A stretch of 62,877 bases of DNA, counting the filler, from Dimargaris cristalligena (taxonomy: Eukaryota): assembly GCA_003614675.1 (NCBI GenBank). It is 3 parts of 3 records of this genome, joined end to end, with 100 filler letters (N's around TTAATTAATTAA, not from the genome) between each part and the next. Parts side by side here need not be neighbours in the genome. Positions count along the whole stretch, not along the records: positions 1 to 20,912 come from ML002682.1; 2 more parts are not named here. The stretch is one strand, 5' to 3'. The notes under the pieces were generated by a model that searched no databases, was not told the DNA's origin, and saw only the letters and a list, made by a program, of their open reading frames with translations. Below, one piece after another: positions 1 to 11,584 of this stretch. Numbering within the stretch: position 1 is the stretch's first letter; the number at the start of each line of letters is the position of its first letter. A program made the position numbers and the translations under genes.

Positions 1-69
1 CAATAAGGCATTTTCGCCTATTATTATATTAGTCGCTCTGCCACACCACAACACAACACAAATGTGGAA

Positions 70-140
70 GCGCAGATGGTTTAGTGGTATAATTACCGCC
101 TGCCACGCGGTAGACCCGGGTTCGATTCCCGGTCTGCGCA
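70..140 (+). tRNA. tRNA-Gly (anticodon GCC), intronless
   Basis: Acceptor stem GCGCAGA/TCTGCGC plus discriminator A; D-arm TTAGTGGTA; anticodon arm ACCGC-CTGCCAC-GCGGT; T-arm CCGGG-TTCGATT-CCCGG; T-run (Pol III terminator) immediately downstream. Confidence 0.97.
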
Positions 141-1050
141 TATTTTGTTCTAATTTTTTCGTTATGAGATCCTCTGTAACCGTTCATTAAAATGGTATTA
201 TCAACTATCGGGAAATATTACAGGTATCATTTTTCTTCAACTTAACCTCTAATCTTAATGACAGAATTTATGAAAGTTGGTTTTTGTTGGTTTTGAAATC
301 TAATAATTAACCCAGTATGTTAGTAACTGCCTAATGGCGGAATACCTTATCTGTTGTTATGGGTGGCTTTCAGAGTTTTTCTAATGGTCACTTACTCACA
401 ATTATACCACTGGATGTCTATACCTGAAACCAGTGGTGTATATATGACAATATTATTTGAGCCTCAGGAATAGGGCGACTGAACTTCGCTTTGGATTTAT
501 AACATCTATCAAGCAGTTGATATGAAGAACACCAAACACGTATAGGGAAGGTTCACTGTAACTATTGTATTGGATATGAATTATTAAGATATTGGGATTT
601 AGTATTGTTAAAATGTATATAATCGGAATTCCGCCCTCCTGTATACGATTATGAATGAAATGGACCCAGTAAGATATAATTAATTGTATATTTTGAGCAT
701 TTCCAACCAGTCTTACCAACTATGTTCTCCGTATGGCCAAGCACAAACCCCTCTTCCCATATTGAGTTTTCTCTGCATTTATTCCAGTCATTCAAATCCG
801 GCAAATATCCCATGTCCTCCTAAAATGATTGGTTGAATGTTAAATGGTACTATTTTCCCTCTAAACCCACCAAGTCCCACTGTTGCTTGCCTGTGCAAAG
901 AAGCGATCAACACTTGTGAATCGCATGAGCCAAGCTTCACATTAAGTAACTGTAGTAGATCCTCCCAATCTCCACCTTTGAAGCTCTTTGAATCTGGTCC
1001 AATATCGTTTCTCTTTTTTTAAATTAATATATATAGTATTGTTCATAGCC

Positions 1051-1859
1051 ATGCCTCTACCCGCGCGCGTTCGTACTCTAATTAGCGGCCTCACTACCGG
1101 CCAGGGGTCCAACAAGCTCCCCGACAATGTCAAGAAGGTGATTCTCCACTACCAAAGCGGAAGTCGCGTATACGGCATGAGGTAGGTCACAGATTCTAGC
1201 TCTAATGAAGTGGGCGAGGATCCCATATACAGCTATAACCCCCCCCCCTCATTCGCTTACACATATCCTCGTGGTATAAGGCCTCCTCTTGCTCCTCGTC
1301 TAAGTTACAGTTTACCCGAGGACCCTCTCACCCCGGGATAATGTTCTCTGACTGCGAAAGTGCACAAGCCCCCCCTCCCGGCCCCCATGGCCACGCCATG
1401 CCATTGATTACGACAATACCCCGTTAGCCTCTAACCACTACATAAAAAAAATACCAACCACTACGACCCATTATTCTATCTACAGGCATTTTCTCCACCG
1501 GACCCTTCCCCGAGTGCAGTACAATAACCCCAACGTCGAGTTTGAACTGGACCAGCAGAAAACCCCCGTTTTCCCCGAGGTGATTATCCAGTTCGGTAAG
1601 TCATTCAATACCTACATCGAAATTATGCTGTAGCAGCTATTAGAAGGGGTCCAGCACTGGCTATGCCCCATCCCACTTTATCAATTCGCTCGCTAGAACT
1701 ATCTCTCATAAATATACCCTATTGCTTGCTATTGATTATTATTCCCCTCCAGGCGATGCCACCAAATCCGTCGTCAAAGCGCGCATGCTGAATTCCGACC
1801 AACTGTACGAAAAGTTTAACGAGGCCGCCATGCGTGGCAAGGGCGATCTTCCCGCCTAA
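1051..1859 (+). CDS. MRP49: Mitochondrial ribosomal protein, L51/S25/CI-B8 fold (Mrp49/mL61-like), 115 aa; exons 1051-1181, 1486-1595, 1753-1859
   Basis: GT..AG introns splice in frame to give MPLPARVRTLISGLTTGQGSNKLPDNVKKVILHYQSGSRVYGMRHFLHRTLPRVQYNNPNVEFE...; the GxRxFxxxxLPxxxYxNP pattern is typical of this family. Confidence 0.8.
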
Positions 1860-2138
1860 TCACACTCTCCTTCATTTTCCATTTCACCAATATCTTCTGA
1901 TTCCATACTAGCGAATACCAAAAATCATATATCTTAATACATATCGACCGTAGCGATTGGTAATAAATGGGGCTATTTTCTCACTATGACCGGTCATCCT
2001 TCAATAGGTATTCTACCGTACGTACAAATAAAGCACGACAATAAATCGATAAATATACAGATGTATGTATGTATAAAGATTTATTCAACATATGTAACTT
2101 AATTTTCAGTAGCGCATGCAAGCAATGCTATGTCAGTT

Positions 2139-2142
<4 letters not shown>

Positions 2143-2170
<28 letters not shown>
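2143..2170. repeat. (AT)n microsatellite
   Basis: Perfect AT dinucleotide run just 3' of the GET2 stop. Confidence 0.95.
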
Positions 2171-2174
<4 letters not shown>

Positions 2175-2176
2175 CA

Positions 2177-3352
2177 TCAAGCCAATTGGGAAGAGCGGGC
2201 CAGAAAGAGATGGGAAACCACCACGGCCACGCCGGTCAAAAATAGAAGCCAGCAGACGCCGTCGACCAGCAAGCTAATACGGAGCGAGGGCACCTGAACG
2301 CGCATCAGCCGAACGACTAGGGGCTGAATCGCCGGAGGTAGCATGGGGACTGGGATAATAGCAGGCAGCAGAGGCTGGGTCGAAACCAATGACTGGCCCT
2401 GATTGGAACCCAGCCAGGGGCTCACACCGAACAGCCACAAACCCTGGGCCAGGACCAGATACCAGAACAAAGGCACGGCATTATGCCAATCGCCCAGAAT
2501 CTGGGAGGGGGGTTCCTGCAGGAGCGACGCTAGTTTAGACCAGGTATCCCAGTAATCGAGCACCGTGTCGTTGGTCCATTCCACGAAGAGCGCGTACGCA
2601 AAGAGGCTGAATACGGGTACCAAGGCGCCCAGCCAGTGGAGTAAGGGCCACCAGTTCAGGTGGACTGGGGTTCGCGACCGGGTCCGCCGGACCGGTGAGA
2701 CGGGCGTGGACGGAGCGGAAGGGTGGTCGTGGGGCGACGAGGTCGGGGTGGAGGTTGACGATGACCGGGGTTGCTTGCTGCGTAGGGACGGCGAGTGAGG
2801 GGACAGGTTGGAGTCGGACAGATCGGCTAAAGAACTCGTGAGGGATCGGTTGTTGCCTGACCGCCGGGGACGGGGGAGGGTGGCGGCCCGCTGCTCCCGC
2901 CAAGAATCCGGGGTGACTTCGGATCGCTGGTGGCGGAGGGGGGATGAGAAAGTGGCGCTAGTGGCTGCTTCTGGGACCGGAGGGGCGTCGAAAGAGGAAT
3001 CGATCTCCGTCCCGAGCAGAGAAGCTGCGGATTCTTTCGGTCGCCCATTGGCTAGTGGGGTAGTAGTAGTTGCAGTAGTAGTCTGTGGTGGTTTGGCCTC
3101 TTCCGCCAGAATTGAAGCATCCAGATCGACGCCACCAATGTGTCCAATGGGGGGTGGTGGTCCATGGACACTGCCACCCCCATTTTCTAGCCCACTTTCT
3201 TCCGCGGCCGACGCATCGGATGATAGGGAATCCTGGGCCGAGCTTAGCGTGTGCTTAATGCGGGACAAACGGTCGCCGCCACGGGCGAGGATCTTCTGCT
3301 GGCGGGCCTCCCGTCGTCGTCGGAGTTGTTCTTGTGGCGAAGGGGAAGTCAT
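2177..3352 (-). CDS. GET2: GET complex ER receptor subunit Get2 (CAML-like), 391 aa, intronless
   Basis: N-terminal basic Get3-binding motif (RRRREARQQKILARGGDRLSRI), long disordered linker, three C-terminal hydrophobic TM segments. Confidence 0.85.
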   Translation of the reverse strand: MTSPSPQEQLRRRREARQQKILARGGDRLSRIKHTLSSAQDSLSSDASAAEESGLENGGGSVHGPPPPIGHIGGVDLDASILAEEAKPPQTTTATTTTPLANGRPKESAASLLGTEIDSSFDAPPVPEAATSATFSSPLRHQRSEVTPDSWREQRAATLPRPRRSGNNRSLTSSLADLSDSNLSPHSPSLRSKQPRSSSTSTPTSSPHDHPSAPSTPVSPVRRTRSRTPVHLNWWPLLHWLGALVPVFSLFAYALFVEWTNDTVLDYWDTWSKLASLLQEPPSQILGDWHNAVPLFWYLVLAQGLWLFGVSPWLGSNQGQSLVSTQPLLPAIIPVPMLPPAIQPLVVRLMRVQVPSLRISLLVDGVCWLLFLTGVAVVVSHLFLARSSQLA

Positions 3353-4351
3353 TAGGGTGTGTGAGTGTGTATGGGGGTATATGTGTATTTGAGACTTAGT
3401 GGAAGAAGGAACTGGGCTGACTGAATCGGACTAGGAGGGGAAGGTGAGAAACCATATAATATAAGTGAAGGTCGGAAGTGAAACCGAGTCGATTGGAATG
3501 GAACCCGAAAACGGTCAAGTAGGGAACTTATTAAAAGGTCAAAAGGGCAGACAAAGGGCGGATGACGACCAACCGCCTTCCTATGTATGCTTTCTAACTC
3601 AAGGTCACACGGTGGATTGATATCGCTTCATACCAGAAAAAACGCAGTGGCAGGGCAGGAGGTGCCCGCACAGCAGTATCCCCCCCCCTTCACAAGTGTC
3701 AGAGACGCGGGGGGCCCAGTAGCTTGGTTAAGTCCTGAAACAGGTGATCATTGTTTCCTTCCGCCAGATTCCGTCCATCACTATAGGGTCACCACACCTC
3801 AGCTCAGGCGAATTAACCTATGGGCTGAGTTTTAGGTTCCCGGAATCTCGTACTACGCAACTAGCACCATATCAAGATCACCCAAAGTCGGCCAGTTAAA
3901 TTGATATAAATGTGGAATACCGCTGTGGGTGATATTTGGATCCGCTTTCAACATTATTAAGAAGTTTTTTTATTAGTAGTATTGTTATCAGCAACCACAA
4001 TAATTTCCCTTCAGAAGAAGCGACAGATTGAATCAACACATTGGTGGGTGTGGGAGGGTAGCACCGCCGTCGGACCTCAGAAATCGAATCCATAGAGTAT
4101 GGAATATACGTTTACATTGGCAAAGGTCATTTGTACCGGCCATTTACAAATAATAAATAAATCAAGTATACCGCCGGGGGTTGAGGAGTTTCTGTCGTAA
4201 CCGACCACGATATAGTATGTATGGCCGAAAGAATGCATAGTTAAATGGACAGACTGCTAAAGCTGTATGTACACCGGGACGGGCCCTCCCCTCCCCTCCT
4301 CCCTCTCCCGCCGGTTCTTTCTCCACTTCCAACAAAACTCAGTCCGTAAAG

Positions 4352-7228
4352 TTAGGGGTTGGGAAAGATCAGTCGGCGTTTGCGGGGGCTCTCGTAATCG
4401 ATGGGAACATCGTTACCGTGGTTGGTTACGAGGTCGATTTTAGGAGAATTCGGCTTGCTCTTCCATTCCCGAATCAGTTTCCGGAAGGCCTTTTGAATGG
4501 TATTGGCCTAGTAGAGGGATAAATGCGTAATATACGTGGGTGGGTGGGCAATGGCATTAATGACCCAGATTGATGTTGCATTATAATAGGCGATGCAGGG
4601 GCGCACACAGAGTGGGTAAAGCGGCATCCCCGCTCGTACAATATATAGATGATATTGATACCCAAAACCAGCGTGGCTTGTCCTATTACTTACCTTACTA
4701 ACGTCTCGTGTGTAAACGCGGATCGCGAATTCACAAAAATGGACCGGGATGAGGTAGCTGACCGATTCGCGGGAAATCGTAAACGACTGGTAATCGTTGA
4801 ACTTATTGAAGAATCGAATCGAATCGACCGGGTTCTGGGTGTTCTTGCCGTAATTAAGCTTATTCCAATGCACGATGATATCGTCGGGATTCAGATTGGC
4901 CCCATCCTCTTGGTGGGTGGAAATGGCCACCGGGTTAATGGTGGTCTGGAGTTTACGTGTGGGTTGCAGAGTCAGGTAACAGTGGGAGAATATTGGTGTT
5001 AGTAAAGAAGTGTGAACAGTGTAAGAGAATGGGTGGGTTATATAGGTCGAGCATACCAACAGCTGGGCGAATAGCTTCTCTATACAAGTTTAGAATGATG
5101 ACTATAGCGAAACCATATACTAATCAATGTACCAGAGCACACGGATATCGCAAGGGAATTTAAAACGATGATAGCAATGAACAAAGCAGCGTAATAGAAC
5201 CAACTAACGATCTAAATAAAGGGACGACTTTACTTCAGTGAGGTGTTCTCTGAGTTCGCCCGGTATAATGAACTCGTCCACGAACTTGTACAATTGGCGG
5301 CTACGGATGCGCTTGATAAGTTCCCGCGATTCCGCCAGTTCCGGAATGGCAGAGCGCTCCACGTCCCGGAGGATATCATCGGTGAGATAGAGGTAGCGTT
5401 CCGGATCATGGAGGGCCTCGGTCAGTTTAAGGTAGGGCTCCGCCTTGACCAACGCATCGACCAACATGTGTTCAATGGCCCCCTCGACCTTATGGGTGTA
5501 GATTCGTTTGAAGAGGCTGTACCGGGTATGAAACATGTCGTACAGATTATAGACCTCCTTATGGTGGTAGCAGATTTGGTCATCAATGACCCGGCTAGCA
5601 ATCATGAGTCGTGAGCTATCGTAGCTATTCTTCAGACCAAGGTTATAACAGTCCCGGCTCAGGTAGTCGAACTTATCCACGTCGACGCCGTTACGTTGGT
5701 TGGCAATAATGTCAAAAAGGAACCGCTTTTCCTCGAACCGCCGTCTAAGCAGCAAGGGGTTCATATAGCGAGGGGGCACGATAAAAATATACACGGAAGT
5801 GGGGTTAACTAGGATAGGCCAAACGAGGAACAGTGGACGCTCGTAAATAGTCGAGCGGAAGAAAATCATTCAGGGATAGTGTAACTATCTTGAATGATTA
5901 AGGGTGTTCGAGGGGCCGTGCATTCAAGCTCAGGGTGTACAACTTACCCGTGATGAGTCGGTTGGCCGATAATTAGGTCGTTAATGAGGCTGACTTCGTC
6001 TTGGTCCAGGTCGATGTTGTTATCGTCCACCAGGTATTTAAACATCTTCTGCGACCCTTGCTCGTGAGTCCAGTTGGAATTGGGTCTACAACAAGGGAGT
6101 ACGGAATTACATGTAGAATTAGAACACCGAGTGAGCGAATATTAATGGTGAATTCTAAAACCAGAGGAAATAATACCACCCCGCCCCGACCAAAGCGGAG
6201 AAGGGATGGATTCCAGTATTGTAATAGTCACTTTGACGGCGATTAATGACCAGAGCAAGGTCGATAGTTATCTTATAGAGCCTAGACGAAAAACTTACTG
6301 TAGCCTGGGGATGATGCATGCGTCAAACAGATGGCTAAAGGGACCGTGGCCTGCGTGCGGGTAGATTTAGTATATTGTGCACCAAATGAAGAGTTGGTTT
6401 CCATTAGTACTACTGTCGAGCAGCGGGTCTAATTGCTAAGCCCCAGCCATGAGCTGGTACCGCGTTCCGGATAGGGTAGTATGGTTATAGAGGGCCACTA
6501 ACCAAACACCAAGGGTAAATCCCCAAGGGACTTCGTTTCGACCGGATTTGGACCAACTTACCCAAGTCATGACAGAGCCCAGCAATTTTGACGCATTTCA
6601 TGTCCTGTTTGGTGATGTCCAGTTCAGGCTGGCTCTCCTTGAAGCGCCGGATGAGATTTCCAGCGAGATGTCCGACCCCTGTTTAAATATGGATTCGGTG
6701 TTGAGGCAAGGCCAATTGCCATCACTCACTTAGTTAATTAATATCTTAAGTCGGACCAACGTTGGACAGCCCCTCGCAAAATAAAGTAGCACGTGTCAAG
6801 AGGGGGGGCAGGGTTGGTGTACATGTCAACAAAAATAAAGACATAGTCGGTACTACATACCTAGACAGTGCTCGAATCGATTGTGACTAGCCCCGGGGAA
6901 AATAAAGTAGGAGGCACCCATCTGTTTGAGGTAACGCAGGCGCTGGAATTGAGGGGTGTCGATGATGTCCATCGTGAAATTATCAAAGGAAATGTACCCC
7001 TGCGTGTGGTTTAAGGAGCCGGATAATCGGTCATAAGAGTGGTGAATAAGCCATCTGATTCGGAAGGGAGCGCAAGGGGACAAGGCGGTCACCGGGGCCA
7101 ACTAAGCCCATCTAGGGGGAATATGGCCGAGGGTGTATATTGTGCCGAATACTTACATGAATGGGGTCGTTGAAGTTCTTGTCGGACATACCGGCGAGGT
7201 AGGAGGAATAGCCGTCGGAGTCGGACAT
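4352..7228 (-). CDS. SAMHD1-like HD-domain dNTP triphosphohydrolase (no SAM domain), ~478 aa; exons 7228-7157, 6999-6861, 6678-6562, 6350-6299, 6085-5948, 5744-5234, 4945-4694, 4507-4352
   Basis: Eight exons with GT..AG introns join in frame; motifs [60 protein letters not shown] are SAMHD1 hallmarks. Confidence 0.93.
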
Positions 7229-10200
7229 GCTTCTTCTCTGTAGCGGAGTAGCGGGCGGCATAGCTCAAAGGGGGGGGGACGGAAGCTTCTCTGTGTGTGT
7301 GGTGGTGGTATAGCCTAAAATAAAAGCGCGCCCGCACAAGAGGGAGTGAGCACCAATCATGCAGGTCATAATGACACCAGGGAAAGTCAGTCGGCTGCGG
7401 TGTGGAGTTTCAGGGGGGCAAAGCCAGTAAAACTTGCCCTAATAACTAAAGCCGGGAAGTTTTATGCCTAAATAAGCAGCACTGAGCCACCGGAGAGCAA
7501 TAGAAACCCTAAAGCGAATAAGCGAATAAGAAAAGAAGACCCAAGCAGCCAAAAGAAAATACCATCCCTATTCTTATCCTTATCGGTGTAGCGAGTGTAT
7601 GGGGAAAGTCTCCTTCACTAGCCAAGTGACTCGCCAATGTCTGGGCTGGTGCATTGCCAAGTGGGCCTAAAAGACGACGGAGGAATGCACCACCACTTCC
7701 TTCACCTGGGCTAGACTAACAACGCACTCGAACTGGACTTCGGGGGGAAAATGTAGTCGGAGCTAGACCAATCACTAGAGCTTCTCGGATAAAAAACACA
7801 CGGGGTATAGCGGGGGTTACCTGTGGAGTAAAGGTAGCGTACAGGGGACTCGCAATTGAAGGGTTGAATGAGAAACTATCGGAAGTGTCGCGGGCGGGTG
7901 GTAATTGCAATGCAGGTTTAATAAGGAATGCGAAGGAAATGAGAGGACAGGTGAAGAGCAATGTAATCCTTGAAAAGGCGGTGGTGGTAGCAGGGACATT
8001 ATATATATATATATAATGTATAAACATAATGTAGATACAAATATGAAGTGTAGGCCTCCGAGGGGAGCCATGGCGGGGCAACTTGAAGCCCACGGCCGGG
8101 AAAATGTCCCGGACCAGCTGGGGAGACCCATTTTACTTTGTTCATCGGCAGAAAGGAAAAAGAGATATACGCCCAAAGCATACTGTTGGCTGTGGGGATG
8201 GTAATGGGTCGAAGGAGCAATTTTGTTCCCTAGTAGGTGGGATGGAAAAATGAATTCCTCATGGTATTTGGATGGGCTACCATGACATGACGTTGACCAT
8301 GGCTTGATAAAAGAGTTTTTTAGAATAGTGTGAATAATAAACTTGATATTTCCCCATTATTATTTCTATGACACTCCGCTTGACTGTGGGGTTGGAGTCA
8401 ATGAATTAAGCCTATTGGATAAACCCTTTGGTCATACATGGAGGGGTGTCCAATAAAATTCTATCATGGACTTGCTTGGACACACGAAGCCTCCCAATGC
8501 ATATTCCTTTGCCATCTGATGAATTTCGAGGCGAGGCAAAAACCACCAAAGAACGCACACAAGGGAGGGAGGGAGCCACCTGCCTTGGAACAATGTTGGC
8601 GGGATGCATGTCCATCAGAAAAACTGCAGATTAATTAAAATAAGCCAAACTAACAGTAGGGCAAAGTCCTCCTGCCCCCATCCCTACCCAGCCAGTGATG
8701 GAGAGGGGGTGGATACGGAATCTTATTATCGCTGGCCATCCCTAGAAAGGGTTGATGCCTCACTGATAAACAAAGACATCGATAGATTCCCTGATTCTCC
8801 GATTTTTACATGTCCTATCGGCGCTTGCCTTTTAATTTTCTGAAACACAGCAAGCAGACAAGCCATCTATCGCAATGGAAAAATGTATACATTGGCATTG
8901 GTCAAAATGATTGCCACCAACTCCCCCCCAAAAAACATCGTAAGAACAATGTAAATGAATGCCATTGCATAGTATTAAATAACTGAAGCACCAGAGCGGA
9001 GGGAAATTCCGCCCGTCGAGTGTAGCAAGTCCAGCTTTCTTACACATGACAGGGCATGCCGCATCCCCCGTTGGTAGTAGAGCTGGAAGTGGGTCAATTA
9101 ATCAACTCCCATTTATTTTACTTGTTAAACCAAAATCACAATAGCCAAATAAGAGGCCACGTTCCTCGTCGGGTTTTTTATAATAGCAATATTGGCTGGA
9201 ATATGGCGGACCTCAGTTGACAAATAAAAAGTTTACAGAAAACTAGGGTTTGTTATAAGGACCAATCAATCAATTCACAAATCCCAACTAGAACTACTTT
9301 GGAAGCCTCGCCCGGAATCTATACATCCAATAAATGTTATGCGAGGCCAGGCAAGCTACAGATGGAAAGGTACCCGTCGGAGCTGTAGAAGAATAGACAT
9401 ACTATAAGGCTTGGGCTTCCGCATGGAAAGTACCTGCTATTTCCACGGCAGCAGTGAAGAGAACTCCATAGACGCCCGATTGCATTACCCACGCTGCTAG
9501 TCACGTTAACAGGCATTAAGGGTTGCAGTCGGGCCAGTGCTGTGATTTCCGTTTAGGAGGGACTACGAAAGTCACGGAGCTTCCCCATCAGTAACCGTAT
9601 CATTTGGCTTGGCGGCAGGTTAGTTCCCCGTAATTTGAGCAAAATCCGGAAGTGGGATTAGTTTTGATACACTCACTATGGCATGCTGACCGATGGCTGT
9701 CTTTCCGTCGACATTGGCTGCTGCTACTACGGCTCGGGCTGCTTGAACTCAAGGTCCTTCCACTCCAATTGAGCTTCAGAGGGAAGGCTACCTAGGTATC
9801 TTAAAATGGCCTCTGGACAGCAAAGGCTCTATTGGGGCGGTTCTCCCATGCGGCAGGTACAGCCGGGGCTAGGAATCCTTAGCCAGCGGTAGTATGGCAA
9901 GTAAAAAAGCCAAACAATAGCTGGGCCTTTTAACAGGGACGCTCTTGGGGGGCTGAGGGTGGATATCTACGGAATTCTGAGGCCACGGAAGTATTATAAA
10001 TGCCACCCACGAGAAGGTAGGGAAACCGGATGGATACCTGGCCTCTCCATCGAAATATGCATCTACAAATAAGTATATATTGGAAGAGGAGCGGCGTCAA
10101 TCATCACTGTACTATTAAACCTAATCGCATGAACATATATTTATAATTCGGTGGGGCAGCAGGGCGGGCAGGGCCTAAAATCAGGAATTGGGAACTGAAC

Positions 10201-11237
10201 CTTCCGGGGCTGAAATGGGTCATTAATAAATTATCGGACTAGTTTATCCACTCAGAAACATGGGGTTTTAGATTGACCCAGCCAATATCTAAGCAACCAA
10301 AAAATACTAATCGGGGCGAAGAAGTACTTTAGGGGTTGCCGGCTATAATGGTCAAAAGAAAGTCACAATATTTTGGATGTCGTACTTCATAATATAACTG
10401 TACTGACGCGGGTCACGGTTTAGTATGCCAACTTGGATTCTTGCACCTTGGGTTGACTGAGAATATTATTGGAACTAGGTGACCAGGCTAGTCCCAGTAG
10501 CATGTGCTCTGAGCAACAGATATACCGCTTGAGCGTTGAAGGACTATACAGTACAAAAAGACAAAAACTGGCTTGATAAACTAACAACAAATATAGAAAA
10601 CAGACCACCAGCGAGAATTTTCACGAATACGGTTAGGTATTCAATTAAAAAACCATACCGGTCCCTTGGCCGGATGTTGTCCGATGAATTCTCACTTATA
10701 GAGTAACGATTAAAATCGCAGAGTTCTCTATTGGTCTAAATTATCTAAGCACAGCCAGGTTCTGCGTAATGCATGATATTCGTTAATTCGCTGAAAAAGA
10801 GAACATATTCAATTCATATTAGAGCGGTCTAAGGATTCGAATAACTACCCTTGTTTCTGATATACTGATACTCTGAGGGTGTATGGAGATGGCCCAATGT
10901 AACAGAAGACAATATTCAACACCGAATGTTCTACATTTACTGGCATAGTGGAGGTTGCTATATGTGTATATTAACTAAGTTGGTCAATTAGGGAGCTACA
11001 CCACATTATGGGAATAGTAATGCTAATAGTATCGACACAGTACCCCCGCTAGTATTATCGGGGTTTTCATGCGTATATAAAGAGAACCTGCTTTCCCATT
11101 TTTAGAAAACCATCTTAACATCTCATCCACTCACTCATCAAGGTTCATCAATTTTACTACACATTCACTCTTACGAATCACTTCTATACCAACAACAGCC
11201 CCGCTCCTCACTGAGCACCCACCACACCTTCATTGCG

Positions 11238-11584
11238 ATAATTTCCCTCCCTGCCGTTCGCGTCTGTATGGCCCTGGTTGCCATTGTTGCCTGGGGCTTC
11301 CTGTAGAAATTGAAGCACAAAAAACAATTAATGATCAAGGAACATCCAAGAGTCAAAATGGTAATACCAGCAGCAATAGAGCTGGTGAACAGGTTTCTTC
11401 TATAGGCTCCTCTACCCATCCAGTCGGAAAGCCAGTCCAAGTTGTCAGGAATTTTTCAAATCAAATAATTTTTCGATCGAGTGATAATAAACCAGTCGTG
11501 GTCAATAGTTCCCCTGCCAGTCAAGCTGGAGACTCAAGCCCAGCCCATTCTGATGCAGTGATCACCTCACAGCGCGGACATTGA
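11238..11584 (+). pseudogene. Possible decayed gene for a secreted Ser/Asn/Gly-rich protein
   Basis: TATATAAA at ~11074; signal-like stretch IISLPAVRVCMALVAIVA (ATA where a start is expected); after a 1-nt shift, ~95 open codons GLPVEIEAQKTINDQGTSKSQNGNTSS...QRGH*. Confidence 0.35.

Noticed and set aside
150..1020. AT-rich stretch with short ORFs, possible TE relic
   Set aside because: No recognisable motif, termini or second copy.
9693..9872. Interrupted frame containing TPIELQRE, similar to the F-box start FPIELQQE
   Set aside because: Only ~6 residues match, there is an internal stop, and the rest of the F-box consensus is absent; could be chance.
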